A DNA stretch of 64,000 bases. Source: an uncultured virus (IMG/VR IMGVR_UViG_3300022939_000006). Taxonomy: Duplodnaviria; Heunggongvirae; Uroviricota; Caudoviricetes. Below are positions 38,537 to 45,894 of the stretch, piece after piece. The notes under the pieces are model-generated. The model was not told where the DNA came from. It ran no database searches and saw only the letters and a program-made list of their open reading frames with translations. A program made the translations under genes and the position numbers. Each line of letters begins with the position of its first letter. The stretch's first letter is position 1. The DNA lies in IMG/VR virus record IMGVR_UViG_3300022939_000006. The stretch is one strand, 5' to 3'.

Positions 38537-38747
38537 TATAACAGACGACATACATGACCAATTGACAAAGGCATACTTAGAATACTTCAAGGCAAATGAA
38601 AAGTTTGAAGCACGTAACTCAGTGAGAACGCACAAAGAAGTACGAAGATGGTTAAGAACTATCCGTACTTTAGCTAAAACACGGATGGAAGAGATTCATG
38701 TGCATCATAACACAACTCGAAAAACCAAATCAGACGTAGATTCTTAA
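38529..38747 (+). CDS. Small basic helical protein, possibly histone-H1-like (Hc1-like) DNA-binding
   Basis: Y...NEKFE..N.......R..L..I..LAK.R..EI pattern resembles small Hc1-like proteins; recognised by eye only. Confidence 0.45.
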   Translation: MSDITDDIHDQLTKAYLEYFKANEKFEARNSVRTHKEVRRWLRTIRTLAKTRMEEIHVHHNTTRKTKSDVDS

Positions 38748-38767
38748 TAGGCCAGGGTAAGTACCAC

Positions 38768-39202
38768 ATGCAATGGACTTATCAAGGAAAACAAGTGACA
38801 GAAATACCAGAAGGTATTGAAGGATTTGTTTACTTGATAACAAATCTTACAAATAATAAAAAGTATATAGGCAAAAAACTAGCAAAGTTTAAAAAAACCC
38901 GTCCTCCATTAAAAGGACGGAAAAATAAACGCAGATCTAAGGTAGAATCAGATTGGAGAGACTATTGGGGATCTTCAGATAAACTAATAGCAGACGTAGA
39001 ACAACTAGGCCAAGACAAATTTAGCAGGGAAATACTGTATTATTGTAAAAGTAGAGGCGAATTATCATATTTAGAGGCTAAAGAACAGTTTGCCCGTGAA
39101 GTATTGTTGAGTGATGAGTATTATAACGGGATTATTAATGTAAGGGTAGGCGGTTCTAAGATTTTAAGAGAAAATTTAAAGGCACACAAGGACACTGTTT
39201 GA
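38768..39202 (+). CDS. Stand-alone GIY-YIG endonuclease
   Basis: GFVYLITN...KKYIGKK, Y.GSS, conserved E (YLEAKEQ) and YYN; K/R-rich insertion; no C-terminal NUMOD DNA-binding repeats. Confidence 0.85.
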   Translation: MQWTYQGKQVTEIPEGIEGFVYLITNLTNNKKYIGKKLAKFKKTRPPLKGRKNKRRSKVESDWRDYWGSSDKLIADVEQLGQDKFSREILYYCKSRGELSYLEAKEQFAREVLLSDEYYNGIINVRVGGSKILRENLKAHKDTV

Positions 39203-39510
39203 TCTAGATAGCTAGATCCACCTTGAGTAGCAGGAAACTGCATCAGAACTGGTGAGTCCAACAGGCTGTATGCTACGAAAACCCCTTAGCACTAGGAACG
39301 AAGCGGGGGATAGCACTTTAATTTATAAAGTGTGATGTCGACGTAGGTTGGGAAAGGTTAGAGCCCAGTAGCATAGTCAAATACCTACTTCCGATCTCGG
39401 CTGAGCGAACTCACATGAAGTTTTCGAGATGATGGAACCGCTAGTAGGTTCCGTCTGACTAAACAATCTACATGAAGTTACAACAATATCACTACGTGAT
39501 ATTGCTTTTT
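39195..39510 (+). ncRNA. Unassigned structured RNA (or ssDNA) element downstream of GIY-YIG
   Basis: GC-enriched, ORF-free region with many perfect helices, GNRA/CGAA loops and a pseudoknot (39269-76/39368-75 crossing 39343-48/39383-88). Confidence 0.65.
39484..39510 (+). terminator. Hairpin plus U-tract, possible intrinsic terminator
   Basis: CAATATCAC-TAC-GTGATATTG followed by CTTTTT. Confidence 0.5.
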
Positions 39511-39565
39511 AATTAAATAGTTTAGTTTGAGCGCAAGCGAAAACTTATATCTACGAAGTAGATAT

Positions 39566-39573
39566 ACTAAATA
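39566..39573 (+). promoter_or_regulatory. Late promoter (ACTAAATA)
   Basis: TAAATA core upstream of ORF 39602. Confidence 0.6.
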
Positions 39574-39601
39574 CACTTATAAAACGTTTTAGGATGATAA
39601 C

Positions 39602-40249
39602 ATGCGTGTAACAGATATTACAGAACAACAAATCAACGAAGCACCAACTAGTAGACTTGGAAATTTCGCCAAAAAAATAGGTGCAAAAGCCGCAGGTGCT
39701 GTAGGTATGTCAGGAACAGCTGGACGACTTGGTGGCGGTGCAGAAGTAGGAACAAAAGCAAACGAATTATACAAATCACTTGCAAGATGGCAAGGTATTA
39801 ACGGCAAAAATGATAAAAACATGACAGCGGCTGATGTTAAAGCATGGGCGGCTCAGGACAAAGTTAATGTAAGCGCAGTTCAAATGCCAAATGGTGTACT
39901 TCCTAAAAATAAATTAATGGATATTATGAAAAAAGTTGCGGCTAGTGAATTAACTGGCGGTAACGTAGGTGCAGAACCGGCATCTAAAGCGCAGGCCACA
40001 CCGCAGAGCGGTGGTGGAGGAGCTATTAGCAAAGCAATTGACGCCCTACAAAAAACAACAGGTAAGGCTGGTGTAAACAATACTCCGGGTAATGCAGTTC
40101 CTGCATCTGATGAAGCAGGTTCAAAAGCAAATCAACAACCTGCAAACGTTAAAGATTTAAAAAACAAAGAAGGTATTCCACCTAACATTCAAACTATGTT
40201 AGATAAACTTACTCCTACAGAGAAAAAAGCACTTGCAGGAGCAATATAA
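39602..40249 (+). CDS. Hypothetical protein, possible internal head protein
   Basis: Late promoter; A/G/K-rich; N-terminal ITE/INE-A sites resembling prohead protease cleavage sites. Confidence 0.55.
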   Translation: MRVTDITEQQINEAPTSRLGNFAKKIGAKAAGAVGMSGTAGRLGGGAEVGTKANELYKSLARWQGINGKNDKNMTAADVKAWAAQDKVNVSAVQMPNGVLPKNKLMDIMKKVAASELTGGNVGAEPASKAQATPQSGGGGAISKAIDALQKTTGKAGVNNTPGNAVPASDEAGSKANQQPANVKDLKNKEGIPPNIQTMLDKLTPTEKKALAGAI

Positions 40250-42204
40250 TGCAACTAGGCGAAGTAACAAACTATAATTTACGTTCACAAACGATATTAA
40301 ATGAAAGTTGGCAAGATCTAACAGAAAGTCAACGCTTGTATATAGGCCGTTGGGAAAAAGAATTATGGCCTTTGTTAGAAGAATACACAAAACAAATTAA
40401 TGAAGCAACACTAACTGTTGATCAAATTGAAGCAATCTTCAAAGGTGCTGAATCGCAAGCAATGGCTGGCGGTGACAATAAGAATATCCTTGGCAAAGCA
40501 GGATCGGCCGCAGGGGCAGTAGCTAAACTTCCAATTGACATTGCAAAAAAAGTAGATGCAAAAATAAATGAACTAGGCAAAGCCGCAAAAAATGCTGGTC
40601 CAGTAAAAAACATGGACAAAAAATTTAATGATCTCAAAGCAGACATTATGGCAAACAAGCCAGACAGTAAAGTTGTACAAGGTATTGTTAAAGTAAGTGA
40701 CTGGGCAAAAGCAAATCCAGGCAAGGCAAGTATTGCAGTTGGTATTCTAACAGCTATTGCGGCATTCGCAGGTGGACCAATGGGCGGTGCGGCCGCTGGT
40801 TTAATACTACGTTCAACAAATGAATTATTAAAAGGTGAAGATTTATCTTCGGCAATAGGAAAGTCTGTTAAAACTGCCGCTTACGGTGCTCTTGCTGGCT
40901 GGGCACTTCAAGGTATTGGTGACTGGTTAGAAGGATTGCGATTTGATGCAGTACCTTATGAAAAAGCACCTGGACTAACAACTATGGAAGTTGGATTTCA
41001 AAAAACTTTAGAAGTTCCGGGATTTAAAGCAGTTGATACACTAGGTAGTATTATAGTTCCAGAAGACCGTGTTGGAGAATTTACTCAATTACTTGACGCA
41101 ATGAAAGATGCAACAGCCGCAACAGGTAGCACAACTGATCCTGCGGCACTAGATGCATTTAGTCAACTTAAAAACTTTGTAGATGGCTTTGATAAAGGAG
41201 AATTTATCAAAGATATGAATCTTGCAAACGAAGTAGCACAAGAAATTGCCGCACAAAATGATGCATTCTTACAAAACTTAACTGCCGCTAATAGTGCTAT
41301 TGCCGCAGTTGCACAAGGTAGTATACAAGGTGCAGGAGAAAAAGGTGCATTTAAAATTGGCGGTGACGAAGTTAAGCCTGGAGATGTTGTAACAAGTGCG
41401 GCAGGTAATAAAAAGGTTGCAGGTGTAGATAGTAAAGCAACAACAACTGATCCTAGCAATTTAGCTGGCAGAGCTAAAATTATGAAAGCGGCAGACGAAT
41501 CAGTTGATATGGAAACAGAATTTGAACGTTTCTTAGCAGAAGCTGGAGTAATGGACAAAATTAAATCTGGTGTCAAATCAGCCGCTGGCGCAGTAGCAGG
41601 CGGTGCAAAAGCTGTTGGTAAAGAATTAGGTAACAAAGTTACATACAACAAACTTATGAAACAGTGGAAAGGAGCAGGGGAACCTGCCGACACTGCAAGT
41701 ATTATGAATATATTACAAGATGCTGGACTAACTAACGACCAAATTGCAAACATAGGACAGGAAGCCAAAGTAGATCTTGGTAAGCCTAGTGAGCAACCTA
41801 AAGCAAGTGAACCGGCAACAGCAAGTGAACCAGCACCAAGTGGTGAACAACCATCAAACACAGCAACCCAACCAACAGGAGATACTAAAGTGGAACCATC
41901 AGAAATCCAAAAAGGTGATACAAGAGAAGTAAACGGAAAAACTTACAAATGGATGGGAGCTCTTTGGGTAGACACAGCAACAAACAAACCTATTGGAATT
42001 TTGCCTTCAATGAAAGCAGGACTTCCTAATCCAAAATTAGATCCTATTATACAAGCCGCTAAAAACGATCCAGAACTAGCAAAATTAATAAAAGCACAAG
42101 TGACTTCAAAAGGTGTAGAAGCAGGCTCAGCAGGCGCACAACAAGCCGCACAAGCTGGTGTACAAGGTACTGAAAAACTTGATGCAAAAGGTGTAAGTAC
42201 TTAA
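40249..42204 (+). CDS. Hypothetical protein with a hydrophobic segment, possible internal/ejected virion protein
   Basis: 651 aa, coupled by TAATG; hydrophobic stretch ASIAVGILTAIAAFAGGPMGGAAAGLIL; several L/I-x-E sites. Confidence 0.55.
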   Translation: MQLGEVTNYNLRSQTILNESWQDLTESQRLYIGRWEKELWPLLEEYTKQINEATLTVDQIEAIFKGAESQAMAGGDNKNILGKAGSAAGAVAKLPIDIAKKVDAKINELGKAAKNAGPVKNMDKKFNDLKADIMANKPDSKVVQGIVKVSDWAKANPGKASIAVGILTAIAAFAGGPMGGAAAGLILRSTNELLKGEDLSSAIGKSVKTAAYGALAGWALQGIGDWLEGLRFDAVPYEKAPGLTTMEVGFQKTLEVPGFKAVDTLGSIIVPEDRVGEFTQLLDAMKDATAATGSTTDPAALDAFSQLKNFVDGFDKGEFIKDMNLANEVAQEIAAQNDAFLQNLTAANSAIAAVAQGSIQGAGEKGAFKIGGDEVKPGDVVTSAAGNKKVAGVDSKATTTDPSNLAGRAKIMKAADESVDMETEFERFLAEAGVMDKIKSGVKSAAGAVAGGAKAVGKELGNKVTYNKLMKQWKGAGEPADTASIMNILQDAGLTNDQIANIGQEAKVDLGKPSEQPKASEPATASEPAPSGEQPSNTATQPTGDTKVEPSEIQKGDTREVNGKTYKWMGALWVDTATNKPIGILPSMKAGLPNPKLDPIIQAAKNDPELAKLIKAQVTSKGVEAGSAGAQQAAQAGVQGTEKLDAKGVST

Positions 42205-42431
42205 AAGAAAGGCTGTCCGGTCTTTTTTGTTGTTTCTAAATTTTCTTTAATTAATTCAGCTATTATTTTTCTATCTTCAGGTTCCATCATAAATGCTTCT
42301 TCTAGTGTGATGCTTCCTCGCATGTGCCACATCATACGCATAATATCAGATTTTAGCTGTTTGCTTTGCCCTTCAAGATTTTTTACTTCTTGTAGGATCT
42401 GTTCAACGGGCCACTGAACGATCCTTACGCG
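42201..42431 (-). CDS. -1 frame extension of the tail assembly chaperone (gpGT/gp51-like part)
   Basis: Not in the ORF track. 76 open codons RVRIVQWPVEQ...WHMRGSITLEEAF.M..EDR...KENLETTKKTGQPFF begin exactly at a slippery heptamer. Confidence 0.75.
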   Translation of the reverse strand, partial: RVRIVQWPVEQILQEVKNLEGQSKQLKSDIMRMMWHMRGSITLEEAFMMEPEDRKIIAELIKENLETTKKTGQPFF

Positions 42432-42437
42432 AAAAAA
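42394..42437 (-). other. Programmed -1 ribosomal frameshift signal
   Basis: U UUU UUC (42437-42431), 5-nt spacer, then hairpin AGGAUC-GUUCA...UGAAC-A-GAUCCU (42425-42394). Confidence 0.75.
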
Positions 42438-43336
42438 GTTGATTGATCAAATGTAATTGGAATTTGAAAAGTTTCCGGAACTCCTTGTTCAATTTGTTCT
42501 TCTGTTGCTCTAACATCCATAGGAGGTACTTGAAATTTTTCTTTTTCAGTTTTAATATGTTCTTGTAAAGCATTAAAAAATTTCTTTTCACTATTTTCTA
42601 AAAATTCTGTAATAAAGGCTCTTTCAGTTACTTCTGTTGTATCTTCAGCTGATAGTAAAGTAATTTTTTCTACACTATTTGCAACCATTTGCAGTGTTAG
42701 GTCTCTTATTTTATTAAAACTTTCTGTAAATTTTTGAAGTTTTATATCTTCTTGCATATCATCTGTGTTTACAAGTGCAAGTATTCTTTGTTCTTCAAAA
42801 GTTTGCATGTTAATTTTACTAAAATCCATATAGGTCAACGGTTTTGTTGTAACTTCCATATTTTCAAAAGTAAATGTTGGATTGAACACAGCATTTGTGT
42901 ATCTATCTAGTACTTGTCGGAGGTCGATAGAGTAATCAACAGTTTCTTTTAAGCCTGGAGGAGTAGCAGTAATTTCCATTGTTTCACCATAGGTTGCAAT
43001 TCTAATAGCAACAAGACTTGCATCAATATCTAGTGCTGGCATTTTCCAAGGATCTTTAATATTAGGAATACAACTTTTTATCATGTCTACAGTTGCTTGT
43101 CCATTTAAAAGAGCATCAGGTGTTTTAAGAGCTAGTTCGTCTTTTGCTGTCATAGCATAAACTGGAAGCTCTCCGTTTTCTGGCATTTCTAAACTACCTT
43201 CTGGATAGTATTTTCCTTTGCTAGGCAGTGTTAGATAAATTTTAGGTTGTCTAAAATGTTTTCTAAGTGGATTGTCTCCACTTGGTTTTATTTCTTGCAT
43301 AAGTGGGTTATGTCCACTAGGCTTTATTTCTGGCAT
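42425..43336 (-). CDS. Baseplate hub/tail assembly chaperone (T4 gp26-like)
   Basis: RQPKIY..LPS.G.YY, V..MTAKDE, D....LVAIRIATYG, C-terminal FF; divergent from the tape measure gene. Confidence 0.7.
   Translation of the reverse strand: MPEIKPSGHNPLMQEIKPSGDNPLRKHFRQPKIYLTLPSKGKYYPEGSLEMPENGELPVYAMTAKDELALKTPDALLNGQATVDMIKSCIPNIKDPWKMPALDIDASLVAIRIATYGETMEITATPPGLKETVDYSIDLRQVLDRYTNAVFNPTFTFENMEVTTKPLTYMDFSKINMQTFEEQRILALVNTDDMQEDIKLQKFTESFNKIRDLTLQMVANSVEKITLLSAEDTTEVTERAFITEFLENSEKKFFNALQEHIKTEKEKFQVPPMDVRATEEQIEQGVPETFQIPITFDQSTFFA
43265..43336 (-). repeat. 36-bp tandem duplication of the first 12 codons
   Basis: MPEIKPSGHNPL / MQEIKPSGDNPL. Confidence 0.85.
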
Positions 43337-43347
43337 ATTTTCCTCCG

Positions 43348-43387
43348 CATAAATACATTATAATCGTATATATGAATTATATTTATA
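43348..43387. promoter_or_regulatory. Face-to-face late promoters for tape measure (+, CATAAATA 43348-55) and chaperone (-, TATAAATA 43380-87)
   Basis: Two TAAATA cores on opposite strands in a 78-bp intergenic gap. Confidence 0.65.
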
Positions 43388-43414
43388 TACGCACATAATG
43401 GGATTCTGTTGTTT

Positions 43415-45880
43415 ATGACTGTAAAAGGTACTATAGGTCAAGAAGATGTAATTTTAGAAGACGCGGCCACGGAAGCCACGCTCAAATCCATACTTGCCGC
43501 TATACAAGGCGGTGGCATGGGCGGTGGTGGAGGTGCAGGAGGCGGCCCTAAGCAAGCCCAGCAAAAGCTACTGGATCTGGCCAAGCAAACTGGTAAAACT
43601 AGTAAAACCGTAAAAGATTTTGAAGAAGATGTAGAAAATGCAGGTAATGCTCTTACTAGAGGATTCGGACATATTGGTCAAGGACTATCAAACATTGCTA
43701 TGGAGTTTATGTCAGGCACTGACAGACTCAGCGAATTTAGCCAACACATAACAGGAGTAATATCTAACATTCCTATTATAGGAGGAATGCTTGGAGGTGG
43801 TCTACAATTACTTACAAGTGTAGTCGATCAACAAATTGATGTATTTAGAGACATGTCAAAAGTAGGTGCAGGTTTTGGTAATGACCTAATGGCAACTAGA
43901 CTAGCGGCCGCTAATGCTGGACTACAATTAGATACGTTCACAGGTATAATTACACAAAATTTAGATAACTTAAATTTCTTTGCAGGCTCTGCTTCTGAAG
44001 CATCAAGACGTTTTGCTAACATAAGTGGACAAGTACAAAAAAATCAAATGCAATTCTCAAGATTAGGAATGACTATGGAAGAAGTTGGCCAATATACTGC
44101 TGACTACATAGCATTGCAAGCTAGATCCGGTAGGGCACAAAGGATGACTGATGCTCAATTAGCCGCAGGAACTCAAGGATATATCAAGAATTTAGATCAA
44201 TTAGCTAGAATGACCGGTAAACAGCGTGACGAGATTGCGGCTGAACTAAAATCACAAGCAGAAGATGATAGAATTAATTTGTTGTTTGCTAGCCTTGATG
44301 CTGGGGCACAACAAAACATACAAAATGTTCTGTCAATGGTTGGTGATGCATCTCCAGAAATGAAAAATGCACTTACAGAAATGATAGCTACAGGCGGTGC
44401 TCCTCTAACAATGTATGGAGCAGAACTTGTAAATGCAAATTCAAATTTAGCGGCCGCGGCCCAAAATTTAAAAAATAATGCACCTGGTGCAATGGAAGAA
44501 TTTTTGAAAGAAATGGACATTGCTGTAAGGAATTCACAAAATGCTGGACAAGCACATTTAGATACACTAGCCGTATCTAGAGCACTAGGTAACGAATATG
44601 GTGCGGCAACATCAGACATGGTTAGTATGAATGATAATATGCTTGATAGGTATTTGGAATCGCAACGTGAGTTAAATGCACAAACAGAAGATACAAAATT
44701 AGACATGACTAATTTTGAAAGTGCAATTACAAAAATTAAAAATACTATACAAACTGCATTGATAGACAGCGGTATCTTCACACTTATTAATACAGAAATG
44801 AGTAAATTTACAGCTTGGTTAAGTGGTCCTGAGGCACTAACAGCAGTGCAAGGAGCAATACAGCCTTTTGTAGATTTTTTCAAAGGTTTTATTGCAGACT
44901 TTAATGATCCTACAAAAGAACCTATGGCGGTTATCAAAGAATATCTAAACAAAGGATTAAGCAAACTAGGTGAACTAATTAAACCATTAATTGCAAGTGC
45001 ATTCAGTGGACTAGGCAGTATGATTATGGGAGCTATCTTTGGCGGTGGCAGTAGTGATGAAACATCAGTACCTGGTGGACCTCCAGGGTCTGGAGATGAA
45101 TCTTCGGGCGCAGGATCGGGAGGCATATTTGTAGGACTAGACGGTGCCTTAGAAAAATTAGCTACAATGGTAGCAGTAGGTGGAACAGTTTATCTTGCTA
45201 TCAAAGGTTTCCAAATGTTACTAGGTGGATTTAGCGCACCAAATGTTATACTTGGTGCAGGTGTACTAGCAGGATTATTAATCGGTACAGGCGCGGCAAT
45301 AGCCCTTGCAGGCCAAGGCATAAGTTCTGCAGGTGATGGCATAGAAAAAATGGCCACAGGTGTTGAACGTATGGCCGCAGTTAAAGATACAGCAAATCTA
45401 AAAGACGTTGCAGTAGCACTTGGTGATCTAGGTAAGGCAATGATAGCTCTTACTGCTGGTGGAGTGCTTGACAGCATAATGAGTTTCTTTGGTGCCGATT
45501 CACCTTTTGAAAAACTAGTAAAAGGTATTAATGAGTTTTCACAAATTGATGCAACAGCAGTATCAAACCTAACTGCGTCTAGCAGTGGACTTGCAAATCT
45601 TAAAGCCTTTACTGAAGATTTAGATGCAGACGGTGTACGTAACTATGCAAGAGCTCTTAGAGAGTTAACAACAGCTATGAAACAACTGAACACAGTACTA
45701 GCTGACCAAAATACAGGTAGAAAAGAGAGCGGATATGCAGTAGCAGACATGCTCAAATCTGGAGCATTAGGCGGCGGTGGCGGCATAAGTAATAGTGGAA
45801 TGAGTCAATTAATTGATTTAATGCGTGAAAATAATAGAATAACAGACCAAATACGAAGGCTAACGGGCGATACTTTGTAG
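43415..45880 (+). CDS. Tail tape measure protein
   Basis: ~820 aa, helical, A/G/L-rich with hydrophobic segments; adjacent to the frameshifting chaperone. ATG 43415 preferred over TTG 43409. Confidence 0.72.
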   Translation: MTVKGTIGQEDVILEDAATEATLKSILAAIQGGGMGGGGGAGGGPKQAQQKLLDLAKQTGKTSKTVKDFEEDVENAGNALTRGFGHIGQGLSNIAMEFMSGTDRLSEFSQHITGVISNIPIIGGMLGGGLQLLTSVVDQQIDVFRDMSKVGAGFGNDLMATRLAAANAGLQLDTFTGIITQNLDNLNFFAGSASEASRRFANISGQVQKNQMQFSRLGMTMEEVGQYTADYIALQARSGRAQRMTDAQLAAGTQGYIKNLDQLARMTGKQRDEIAAELKSQAEDDRINLLFASLDAGAQQNIQNVLSMVGDASPEMKNALTEMIATGGAPLTMYGAELVNANSNLAAAAQNLKNNAPGAMEEFLKEMDIAVRNSQNAGQAHLDTLAVSRALGNEYGAATSDMVSMNDNMLDRYLESQRELNAQTEDTKLDMTNFESAITKIKNTIQTALIDSGIFTLINTEMSKFTAWLSGPEALTAVQGAIQPFVDFFKGFIADFNDPTKEPMAVIKEYLNKGLSKLGELIKPLIASAFSGLGSMIMGAIFGGGSSDETSVPGGPPGSGDESSGAGSGGIFVGLDGALEKLATMVAVGGTVYLAIKGFQMLLGGFSAPNVILGAGVLAGLLIGTGAAIALAGQGISSAGDGIEKMATGVERMAAVKDTANLKDVAVALGDLGKAMIALTAGGVLDSIMSFFGADSPFEKLVKGINEFSQIDATAVSNLTASSSGLANLKAFTEDLDADGVRNYARALRELTTAMKQLNTVLADQNTGRKESGYAVADMLKSGALGGGGGISNSGMSQLIDLMRENNRITDQIRRLTGDTL

Positions 45881-45894
45881 TATAGGAATAGAAA

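Noticed and set aside
39195..39510. Group I intron encoding the GIY-YIG homing endonuclease
   Set aside because: The pseudoknot is superficially P3/P7-like, but I could not find the conserved R/S (GACUA...UAGUC) elements, a P8, or an interrupted host gene on either side.
42403..42591. 62-aa minus-strand ORF as the frameshift partner
   Set aside because: It is in the +1 frame and stops at 42403; the protein-like continuation is in the -1 frame (42431-42201).
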